Shown here one piece after another: positions 1-11,000 of a stretch of 64,000 nucleotides of DNA (positions within the stretch are counted from its first letter, which is position 1; each line of letters starts with the position of its first letter). The DNA is taken from the NCBI GenBank assembly GCA_963783375.1, contig CAWANH010000028.1:1216001-1280000 (forward strand). The letters run 5' to 3'. The notes under the pieces were generated by a model. The model worked only from the letters and a program-made list of their open reading frames with translations, was not told the origin of the DNA and did not search any database. This stretch comes from Candidatus Eiseniibacteriota bacterium. Its GTDB lineage: Bacteria; Eisenbacteria; RBG-16-71-46; JABDJR01. Position numbers and translations under genes: made by a program.

Positions 1-1119
1 TCCGCGTCCTATCTCTGGGTGGTGACCCGCTCCGGGCTCGCCTTTCATGCGCTCCCTCCGCGGGCCGAGGTGGAGGGGGAGGTGCAGAAGCTCCGGGCGG
101 GCCTGGTGGACCCGGGAACCGCCGGTGACGCCGCCTACCTGGACGCCGCCCACCGGCTCTACGCCATGCTCCTGAGCCCGGCGGCCACGGAGCTGGCCGA
201 CGCCCGCGCGGTCGTCGTGGTCCCCGACGGCGCGCTCAACTTCATCCCCTTCGACGTGCTTCTGACCTCGGCCGCGGTCCCACCGGATCCCGACCTGGAC
301 CCCGGGGCCCGGAATCGGTTCTTCGCCGGGCTCCCGTACGCGCTTCGCGGAGACCGCATCCGCTACGGCCCGTCGGCCACCACCCTCGCGGTGCTGGCGG
401 GGGAGGAGTCGGCGCGGAGGAGGGGTCCGCGTCCGCCCATGGATCTCCTGGCGGTGGGGGACCCGGTGTTCGCCCCGCCTGAGGCCTCGGGGGAGGCGGA
501 CTCGACCGGCAATGTGGGCCTTCGCGCGGCGGGGCTCGCGCCCCTTCCCTACACCCGCGAAGAGGTGAAGGAGATCGGAGCGGCGTTTCCCCCCGGGCAC
601 ACCACCCTCCTGCTCGGGGACGAGGCGCGCGAGAGCACCCTGGCCGAGCCGGGCTATCTCGCCCGCTACCGAATCCTCCACTTCGCCACCCACGGCCTCA
701 TCGATGAACGTCAGCCCGAGCGGTCGAGCCTCGCCCTGGCCTATCCCCGCGATCCCGCCGAGGACGGCTACCTCCACGCCGCCGAGATCTATCGCCTGCG
801 CCTTCGCGCCGACCTGGTGGTGCTTTCCGCCTGCGAGACCGGCCTGGGGAAGACGCTACGCGGCGAAGGGGTGATGGGGCTTCCCCGCGCGTTCTTCTAC
901 GCCGGGGCGCCGGCGGTGCTGGTGAGTCTGTGGAGCGTGTCCGATCGCTCCACCGCCCGGCTCATGTCCGCCTTCTATCAACGGCTGGAGGGAGAGGGGC
1001 TCTCGGCGGACGCGGCCCTGGCCGGAGCCAAGGAGAGCCTCAGGACCGGAGACCGCTTCGCCCACCCGTTCTACTGGGCTCCGTTCGTGATGATGGGGGT
1101 CGGAAGCGTGTCCCGGTAA
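1..1119 (+). CDS. CHAT domain (caspase-like) protease, 5'-truncated by the window edge
   Basis: VVVPDGALNFIPF, LHFATHG (catalytic His), LVVLSACETG (catalytic Cys), SLWSVSD and HPFYWAPF motifs. Confidence 0.93.
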   Translation, partial: SASYLWVVTRSGLAFHALPPRAEVEGEVQKLRAGLVDPGTAGDAAYLDAAHRLYAMLLSPAATELADARAVVVVPDGALNFIPFDVLLTSAAVPPDPDLDPGARNRFFAGLPYALRGDRIRYGPSATTLAVLAGEESARRRGPRPPMDLLAVGDPVFAPPEASGEADSTGNVGLRAAGLAPLPYTREEVKEIGAAFPPGHTTLLLGDEARESTLAEPGYLARYRILHFATHGLIDERQPERSSLALAYPRDPAEDGYLHAAEIYRLRLRADLVVLSACETGLGKTLRGEGVMGLPRAFFYAGAPAVLVSLWSVSDRSTARLMSAFYQRLEGEGLSADAALAGAKESLRTGDRFAHPFYWAPFVMMGVGSVSR

Positions 1120-1144
1120 GCCCATGGTCAATCTGGAACCAAGC

Positions 1145-1173
1145 TTGACTCAGTCGTCATCCTATTGTAATCT
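1145..1173 (+). promoter_or_regulatory. Putative sigma70 promoter for the giant-protein operon
   Basis: TTGACT-N17-TAATCT in an AT-richer intergenic patch. Confidence 0.5.
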
Positions 1174-1468
1174 GTTCGCCACGCGTTCCCGGGACGCGAC
1201 TTACGGGGGGACCATGGCATCCAGTGCAGCTGCATCCGAGCCCCGTGTGCTGCCAGCCGACTTTCCGCGACCGGCCGAAGGTATTCGGTCGGATTCCCCC
1301 TGTTCGTCGTGACCGGCGACGCCTGTTCGACCACGCTCGAGTTCCGCGCGCTCCTGCCGCATTCCGGCGCGCGGATCGGTTTCTAGACAGGCCGCCCAGG
1401 ATTCCGACGCGATCCGCCCCCCGCGGACGATCCTTCGTTCGCCGACCCTTCGGGGTCGAGGAGGAGAC

Positions 1469-2068
1469 ATGCCTTCCCGACTGGTGAGAACCGCCCTCTT
1501 TCTGCTGTTCGGCATCGCTCTCGGTCTGGCGTCCGACGCTTCCGCCACCACGGTGGCGAAGCTCGGCCTGCGCGAGATGACCGCGGCGTCCTCCACCGTC
1601 ATCCACGGCACCGTGGTCTCGACCCGGTGCCGGTGGAACGATGACCGGAGCCTCATCCTCACCGACGTGCGGGTGCGGGTCGACGACGCGCTCAAGGGGA
1701 GCGCGGCGGCCACGGTCACCGTGGTCCAGCTCGGCGGCGCGATCGGAAAGCTCCAGGTGGACGTGCCCGGAGCCGCGGCCTTCCGGCCGGGGGAGGAGGC
1801 GATCCTCTTCCTGGTGCCGGATTCCCGGGGCGATCTCCACGTAGCGGGTCTCTCCCAGGGGCGGTTCGAGGTGGTGCGAAACCCGCGCTCCGGGAACCGG
1901 GAGGTTCTGGGGCTCGAGGAGGCGATCCCGGCGGCCGGAGCGCCCGCCGTCGGTGGCGTGCAGGTGCTCTCCGCGCCCGCCGCACCCACCGGGCCGGTCC
2001 CCCTGGACCGGTTCCTCGGTGATATTCGCTCCCTGATCCGGGACGTCGACGCCCGGGGAGGGAAGTGA
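1469..2068 (+). CDS. Secreted hypothetical protein resembling the N-terminal module often fused to matrixin-family proteases
   Basis: Signal peptide ending ASA-TT; pattern VIHGTV...W...LILTDV...LKG...QLGG...VPG...F.PGEEAILFL; GAGGAG RBS; GTGA overlap with the next gene. Confidence 0.7.
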   Translation: MPSRLVRTALFLLFGIALGLASDASATTVAKLGLREMTAASSTVIHGTVVSTRCRWNDDRSLILTDVRVRVDDALKGSAAATVTVVQLGGAIGKLQVDVPGAAAFRPGEEAILFLVPDSRGDLHVAGLSQGRFEVVRNPRSGNREVLGLEEAIPAAGAPAVGGVQVLSAPAAPTGPVPLDRFLGDIRSLIRDVDARGGK

Positions 2069-5000
2069 TCATGAAGACCCGGCTTTCCCTTCTCCTGACC
2101 GTGCTTTTCACCCTCACCGCCTTCGGGATCGCCTCGGCCCAGTTCATTCCTCTCGTCACCCCGCCGCTGGACGATCCCGGAAGCGCCTTCGGGGCCACCA
2201 TCGGCGACTACGACGGCGACGGCCTCCCCGACATCTACCAGGTCCGCGGAAGCGGGGAGTCGAACCTCCTCATCCTGCAGACGAGCCCGGGCGTGTTCAC
2301 CGACGCCGCCGTCCCCCCGCTCGACGACACCGGCCCGGGTTCCGCGGCCGCGTGGGCCGACATCGACAACGACGGGGACCTGGACCTCTTCCTCTGCGAG
2401 AACGGCGCCCCCAACCGTCTCTTCAAGAACGACGGTGGCCTGGTCTTCATCGACATCACCCCGCCGGGGATGGACGATGCCGGGTTCGCGTTCGCGGCGG
2501 TGTGGGGGGACTACGACAACGACGGCGCGGTGGACCTCTACCTGGCCAACAACCTGGGCCAGGACCGCCTCTTCAAGGGGGACGGCGCCGGCGGGTTCAC
2601 CGACGTCTCGCTCACCTCCGGGATCTTCGTCGGCTCCTCCGACTCCCGGGGGGCGAGCTGGGGGGACTACGACGGGGACGGGCTGCTCGACCTCTACGTG
2701 GCGAACATCGGCGGTTCGAACTTCCTCTACCACAACGACGGGGGCGGAACGTTCAGCGAGGTCACCGGCACCCCCCTCGACGATCCCGCCTCCAGCGTGG
2801 GCGTGGCCTGGGGGGACTACGACAACGACGGCGATCCCGACCTCTACGTGGTCGAGCTCAACGATCCCAACCACCTCTTCCGGAACGACGGCGGCGGATC
2901 CTTCGCCGACGTGAGCGTGGCGGCGGGGGTGGACGATCCCGGGACCGGTTCCTGTCCGGCCTGGGGGGACTACGACAACGACGGGTACCTCGACCTCTAC
3001 GTGACCAACAACGGCGACAACGTGCTCTACCGGAACAACGGGAACGCGACGTTCAGCCCCGACGCCGGGTCGGGCACCGAGGACCCCGGCGCGGGCAATG
3101 CCGCGGCCTGGGGCGACATCGACCTGGACGGCGACCTGGACCTCTACCTGGCCAACGGCGGCTCGCCCAACGTCCTCTACCAGAACGACGCCACCGGCGG
3201 CAGCCACTGGCTGGAGCTGACCCTGGACGGGAACCTCTCGAACCGCGCGGCGATCGGAACCCGGGTGGTGCTGGTGGCCGGCGGGCTTACCCAGACGCGC
3301 GAGGTCTCGGGCGGCTCCGGGCTGGGCTCCCAGAACGCCCTCACCGTGTCCTTCGGGCTCGGGGGCGCGGCGACCGCGGACCGGGTCGAGATCCACTGGC
3401 CGAGCGGGATCGTGCAGGTCCTTACCGATGTGGCCGCGGACCAGCTCCTGAGCGTGACCGAATCCGGGGCGACCTTCGCCAACGTGACCGCGCCCCCGCT
3501 GGACTACAACGGCTCGAGCCGGGGGGTGGCCTGGGGGGACTACGACAACGACGGCGACCTCGACCTCTATCTCATGGCCGAGGCGTCGGGTGGAGACAAC
3601 CGGCTCTACCGGAACGACGGCGTGAGCGGCTTCGCGGACGTCACCAGCGGTCCCCTGGTGAACACGAGCTTCGGCGCGGCGGTGACCTGGGCCGACTACG
3701 ACAACGACGGCGACCTCGACCTCTGCCTGGCGAACTACACCGGGGTCAGGCTCCTCAGGAACGACGGCGTCTCCGGGTTCGTGGACGTGACCGCGTTCCC
3801 CATGGGAATCGACCACGGCACCCTGACCCTGGCCTGGGGGGACTACAACAACGACGGCCTCCTGGACCTCTTCCTGGCCAACAGCAACTACTCCGACCCG
3901 AATCAGCTGCTCCTGAACCAGGGGAGCGACGTCTTCGTGGACGCCACTCCCGGGGTTCTCGCCAACATCGGAAGCAGCGGCGCCGCGGCCTGGGGGGATT
4001 ACGACGGGGACGGGGACCTGGACCTGTTCGTGGGCGGCCAGCTGCCCAACGACGCCCTCTACCGGAACGACGGTGGAGGTGTGTTCGTCGACGTCACCTC
4101 GCCTCCGCTCGACAGCTCCCTGAACACCTTCGAGGCGAACTGGGTGGACTACGATGACGACGGGGATCCGGACCTCTCGATCACCCGCCTCGGAGACACG
4201 GGCCTCATCTACCGGAACGACGGGGGCGGGACGTTCGTGGAAGCCACCCCTCCCGCGTTGACGGCGGCGGGAACCGCCCAGGACCGGACCGCCTGGGAGG
4301 ACTACGACAACGACGGCGATCTCGACTTCTACCTGGTGAACAACTCCTTCGGCGGCCGGAACGCCCTCTACCAGAACCTGGGCGGGGGGAATTTCGCCGA
4401 CGCCACCGCACCGGTGATCGCGGACACGGCCGCCTACGGTCTCGGCCAGGGCGGGGCCTGGGGGGACTACGACGGGGACGGTGACGCCGACTTCTACCTC
4501 TCCAACCAGGCGGGGAACCGCCTCTTCCGGAACGACGACATCTCCGGGAACCACTGGCTCCGGGTGAAGCTCCAGGGAACGGCGTCCAACCGGCTGGGGG
4601 TCGGAGCCCGGGTGCGGGTGACGGCGGCCGGGCTCGGTTCACGGACCCGTTACGTCCAGGACCAGTCCACCCGGGGCGCGGAGCCGATCGAGGCCCGCTT
4701 CGGCCTGGGGACGGCGGTGACGGTCGACACCCTGGAGATCCGTTGGCCGAGCGGTGTGGTTCAGACCCTGACCGGCGTGAGCCCGGACCAGGTCGTCTCG
4801 ATAACCGAGGTCGCGCCGCTCTTCACCGACGTGACCGGGACGACGGGCGACCTGGGCGACGCCGGAAACGGCGAAGGCGCGGCCTGGGGCGACTACGACA
4901 ACGACGGGGACGACGATCTCTTCCTCACCAACTTCGGCCAGGCGGACAAGCTCTTCCGGAACGACGGCGGGACCTTCGTGGACGTGACCGCGTCGAGCGG

Positions 5001-8000
5001 CCCGGTGGGAGACGTCGGAGGCAGCGAAGGCGCGGCCTGGGGCGACTACGACAACGACGGATATCCGGACCTCTACGTCTCAACCCACGCCGCCCCCAAC
5101 CGGCTCTACCACAACAACCAGGACGGGACCTTCAGCGACGTGACCGTCCTGAGCGGCGCGGTCGGCGATCCGGGGAACGGGCGGGGGGTGGCCTGGGCCG
5201 ACTACGACAACGACGGTGACCTCGATCTCTTCCTGGCCAACTGGAACGACAGCAACCGGCTCTTCCGCAACGACGCGGGAGTGTTCGTGGACGTCATCGG
5301 CACGACCCCGCTCGGCGACGACGGGGGCACCGGCGGCGCGGTGTGGGGGGATTACGACAAGGACGGCGATCCCGATCTATACACCACCGACGACGCCGGT
5401 CCGAACCACCTCTACCGGAACGACGGGGGGGGGACGTTCGCCGACGTCTCGGCCGCGGCCGGGGTCGACAACGCCTCCTCGAGCCTCGGCGCCAGCTGGG
5501 GGGACTACGACGGCGACGGCGATCTCGATCTCTACGTGACCACCGCCGGCGGCAACAACCTCTACCGGAACGACGGAGGGACCTTCGCGGACGTGGCCGG
5601 GGCAGCCGGGGTGGCCTACAACGGAGCCTCGGGGCAGGCGGCGTGGGGGGACTACGATCACGACGGGGACCTCGATCTCTACGTGACCAACGTCAACGAG
5701 CCCAACCTGCTCTACCGGAACGACGGTGGAGGGACGTTCGCCGACGTGAGCGACTTCCCGGTGAACGACCCGGTCTGGAGCCAGGGCGCGGCCTGGGCGG
5801 ACGTCGACGGGGATGGGGACCTGGACCTCTACCTGGTGAACGGGAACAGCGACGCCAACCGGCTCTTCCGGAACGAATCCGCGGGCGGAAACCACTGGCT
5901 GGGGGTCAAGCTCGAGGGCACGATCTCGAACGCGTCGGGGATCGGGGCCTGGATCGAGGTGTCGGACGAGGCGAACACCTACATCCGGGAGGTCGCCTCG
6001 GGAACCGGTCTCTTCTGCCAGAACTCGCTGGCGGCCGATTTCGGCCTCGGTCCCGCCGCCACCTCGATGGACGTGATCGTCCACTGGCCGAGCGGGCTGG
6101 TGCAGACCGTGAACGGCGTGATCACCGATCAGGTCATCACCGTCGTGGAGACCCCGGAGCCGGGGGTGGCCTACGTCACCCCCAGCACCCATCCCAACCG
6201 CGGTGTCCTTTCCCTGACCGTGCACGGGGCGGACCTGGACAGCTCGCCCCCGGAGGCGATGCTGATCGCCACCGGGGAGCCCCCGGACACCCTGTTCGGC
6301 GCCCGCGTCGGCGACGCGGCGACGGATCAGGCCCTGTTCGACTTCGACCTGAGCGGGAGCCCCGAGCCCACCTACTACAACCTTGTCGTGACCACGAGCG
6401 GCGGTACCGGCTTCCTCCAGGCCGCGGTGGTGCTCTACGCGGACCCGGTGAAGCTCATCCGATCCACCACCTCCCCGGCCTTCTCCGAGCGCTTCCCGTC
6501 GTGGTCGCCGCCCGGATCGGGGACGGACAGCCTGCTCTTCATCTCCAACCGGGCCGTGAGCACCGATCTCTTCCTGAAGCCGGTCTACGACCTGGACACG
6601 GTGACGCTTCCCCGGCTCACCGACGGGTTCGAGGCTCGCTCGCCCGACTGGTCGCCGGCGGCGGACTCCGTGGTGTATGCCAACATCGACAACGGGAGCC
6701 TCTACGTGCAGTCGGTGAGCGGCGGCACGGCCGCGCCCCTCACCGCCGGATTCAACGACCTCCGTCCGGCCTGGTCCCCGGCCGGCGGGCAGGTGGTCTT
6801 CGAGCGCCGGATCGTGGATCACGACATCATCGTGCGGGTGAACACCGCCGGAACCGGCTCGACCAACCTCACGTCGAACGGGGCCGGCGACTTCGATTTC
6901 CAGCCCGACTGGTCTCCCGACGGGGCGACCGTCGTCTTCGGGCGGCATCTGAACGGCGAGACCGGGAACAGCATCGTCACCATGTCCTCGACGACCGGGG
7001 AGGCCGGCGGGGTGACCCCCCTGATCCCGGTGGACGGGTTCAACTACCTCACCCCGGTCTGGTCCCCGGACGGGAAGTGGATCGCCTTCGCCTCGGACCG
7101 GTCGGGGAACTACGACCTGTGGGTGATGGACGCCCGAGGCCCCGGTTTCGGCCTCTACCAGGTCACCACCGATGGGGCCAACGACGCCGAGCCCACCTGG
7201 AGCCGGGACAGCCGCTCCATCGCCTTCGTCTCCACCCGGGGCGGGCTCGAGGACATCTACGTGGCCTCGAACCTTCCGATGGATGTGGACACCGACGGGG
7301 ACGGCCTCCCCGACGGCGTGGACGCCTGCCCCACCGAGGCCCCGCTCCTGGGCCAGGTGGACCGGGACTACGACGGTTGCCCCGACTCGACCTCGAGCTT
7401 CCGCTTCGTGAAGTTCTGGTCGGCGGACCAGCTCCCGGTGAACTACGAGATCGACGCCGCCGGCGATCCCCGGATCGGCGACGGGAGCGACCTGACCGAA
7501 GTCGCAGCCGGTTTCAACGCCTGGACCGCGGTGCCGGGGGTGCCCCTGACCGGGGGACAGGTGACTCCGCCGGGGGGCGCGCTTTCGAACGCGGTTTCCG
7601 GCGACGGCCGGAACTCCATCACCTTCTCGGACCCCGACGGGTTCCTCTACGGCATCCTGGCCATCACCCCGACCACCACGGTGACCGGGGATACCATGAT
7701 CGGGGGGCGGACCTACCGTCCGGGAGAGATCGTGGACGCGGATATGCTGTTCAATACCGCGTTCTTCGAGTTCTCGACCCCGACCTTCAATCCGGGACCC
7801 CAGGCCTTCGACATCCGGAGCGTGGCCACCCACGAGTTCGGCCATTTCTTCGGGATGTCCCACTCCTCGGTCTCCACCTCCACCATGTTCTACGTGGTGC
7901 CGCGGGGAACCGGGGCCCGGAGCCTGGAAGAGGATGACCTGGTGCTCACCCGGCGTGGATACGCGAGCACCCCCCCGGTGCTGAGCGCCGAGGGACGGAT

Positions 8001-11000
8001 TCTCCGGGGCGAGGACGGGGTGACCCCGGTGGTGGGAGCGGCGGTCTACGCCGTCTCCGACGCCTCGGGCGACACCCTGCAGATGACGATCAGCGGTATG
8101 GACGGGGTCTACCGCTTCTACGAGGTCTCGGAGGACTTCAGGATCTGGGTCCAGCCCCTGGACGGCGGGGCCGAGGTGAACGGCCTCACCGCGGGCGCGG
8201 TGAACGGCGCCCTGGCCACGGTGGCCGAGACCGACTTCCTGGGCGAGTACTGGGACGGTCCGGCCGAGACCAACAGCGACTTCGGGGGAACCGGGGCGGT
8301 GGTCACCGTTCCCGGGTCGGCGGTAACCGGTGCCGACGTTCTCACCAACCCCGATCTCACCGGGCCGGTCGTCGTGGACCAGACCCCGGCGGACGGGGCG
8401 CTGGACGTCCCCGCGGTGGGGATCCTCTCGGCCAAGTTCAGCGAGAAGATCGACCGGAACAGCATCTCCGGGAGCACGGTCTCGCTTCGCGACGTCGCCA
8501 CCCTGACCGGGGTGGGGGGGGCGGCGGCGCTCCTCCAGCGGGACAGCCTGCTGGTCTTCACCCCATCCGCACCCCTGGCCTACAGCACCCAGTACCAGTT
8601 CACCCTGGGTCCGGGGCTCACCGACAAGTTCGGGAACCCCATGGCCTCGGCGGCGGTGATCACCTTCACCACGGAAGCGGCGCCGCCGGTCACCCTGACC
8701 TCCGCATCCCCCCCCGAGGTCCCGGTGGGGGCCACCCTGCTCCTCTCCGGGACCGGGTTCGATCCGAATCCGGCCGGGAACCAGGTGCACTTCCCCGGCG
8801 CGTCTCCGGTGACGCCGTTCGGCGCCACGTCCGTTCAACTCGCGGTGACGGTTCCGGCCGGGGCGACGAGCGGGAACGTCACGGTGACCGTGGGCGCCCA
8901 GAGCAGCGGCCCGATCGCGGTGACCATCGTTCCCCGGAAGGCCCCGCCCCAGGGGAACCTCGTGGACGAGACCGCCCTCGGGGCCGATCCGCGGAAGATG
9001 GCCATCGAACCGGACGGTTCCTTTGTCTACGTGGCCACCGATCACGGGGTGGCCGCGGTGGACGTGCGTCCGGCGGGCGGATCGTACCTCGCCGTGACCC
9101 CGATGGCGGTTCCCGGCGGGTGCGTCGGCGTGGCGAGCCTTCCCGACGGTCTTCATGCGATCGCGGTGGGGGGCGCCCCGGCCAAGCTCTATCTCATCGA
9201 CACGAACCCGGCCAGCGGGTCGTTCAACTCGATCGTGGACGAGGCCGGCCTGGTGGACCCGCCCCTCGGCGTGGCCTCGATCCCCGCGAGCGGGGACGTG
9301 CTCGTGGCCTATGCGGACCGGGTGGTTCTCCATTCCGGCGGCTCCGGCGCCCCCCTGGGCCAGGAGCTTCGCCAGTGGAGCGCGGCCGGGACCGGGTTCC
9401 TCGGCGATCTCGCGGTCTCGGCGAACGCCGGGGAAGCCTACGCGGCCACGACCGGCGGCATGGTGGCGGTGCTGGGATTCGGATCCCTGGAAGGGATCGT
9501 GACCCAGCTCTCGAACGGGCCCTACCCACGGGAGATCGGCCCGCTACCCGCCGGCGGCTTCCTGGCCGCCGAGGGCACCGGGGTACTCCGGCGCTTCGCT
9601 GCCCGCGGCCCCCAGACCCGGAGCCTGGTGCTCTCCGGCGGATTCAGCGGCATCGCGGTGTCTCCGGAGGGCGAGTTCGCCTACGCGGCCAACTTCACCC
9701 TGAACCGGATCGACATCCTGGACGCGCGCGGAACCGGTCTCGCCTCCACCGGGACCTTCGCCACCGACGTGGATCCACGGGACGTGGCGACCGGAAGCGG
9801 CGGGCGGTACGTCTACGTCATCACCGGGGGGGACAGAAGCTCCAGGTGTTCGACACCGTGAGCGGTCCGCACGTGGACTCCGTGTTCCCGCCTTCGGGAC
9901 GCGGGGGCACGCTCATGACCCTGGGGGGCTCGGGCTTCGATCCCGTCCCCGCCAACAACACGGTTCTGATCGCGGGGGTATCGACCACGCCGCTGTCGGT
10001 CGAGTCGGACGGACGGTCGATGCTGATCGACCAGCCCGCGGCGGCGGCCTCCGGGCCGGTGACCGTGACCGTGGGCGGGCAGACCTCCAACGGCGTCGAG
10101 TACCGGGTGGTGAACCGGGCCAACGCCGGGAACCTCGGGCTGGCCGCGCAACCGGACTTCGGCGGCGCCTCCCTGGACCGGGTGCTGGAGTCGCCCACCG
10201 GCGCGTTCCTGTTCGCGCTTCACGCCGACGGGGCGCTGTCCGTCCTCCGGGCCGATCCGTCCAAGGCCGACTTCCTCCGCGCGGTCGAGGAACTGGCCCC
10301 CGCCGTCTCGGGGCTGAGCGGCTCCGGACCGATGGCCGCCTCCCCCGACGGCCGCAAGCTCTACGTGGGCGACCCCGCCGGGTCGATCGCGGCGTTCACC
10401 GTGGACGAGAACGGAACCGTCCCGGTGGTGCGGGCGGGCAGCGTGTCGGTCGGCGGCGCCCCCGTGACCGCAGACGCGACCGGGCTGGCGTTCTCCCCGG
10501 CCGGGGACCGGCTCTACGTGTCCTCCGACACCGGCCAGTTCCTGGAGGTCGACGTGGCCGCCGACTCGCTCATGAGCGCAACCGTGTTCCCCAATCCGGC
10601 TCTCTCGGTGGCGGTCGACCCGCGGGGAGGCGCGGTGTACGTGGGCACGAACGGGTCATCTCCCCTGGTCGAGGTGATGGACATGAACCCCATGTCGGCG
10701 CTCTACCGCACCGCGGTCGCCTCCATCCCGCTGAGCGGGCAGTTCGGATCCGACCAGCTGCTCGTCACCCCCGAGGGATCGAGGCTTCTTGCGGTCACCG
10801 AGGAGGTCGGCCCGACGAGCCTGTTCCGGCTCTGCGCGGTGGATATCAACCCGGCCAGCGGGACCTACCGGACCGAGGTCGGATCCGCGGCGATCTCCTC
10901 GGGGAGCCTGCCCTTCGTGGCCCTCAACCACACCGGAGCCGTGGTGTTCGTGGTCGATCCCACCGGGCAATCGATCCGCTCCGCGGATCCGTTCTCCCTC

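Noticed and set aside
2200-5870. Regularly recurring 'tggggggactacgacaacgacgg' DNA repeats resembling a CRISPR or tandem array
   Set aside because: They encode FG-GAP WGDYDNDG motifs in frame, with synonymous variation and ~150-170 bp coding spacing; no cas genes
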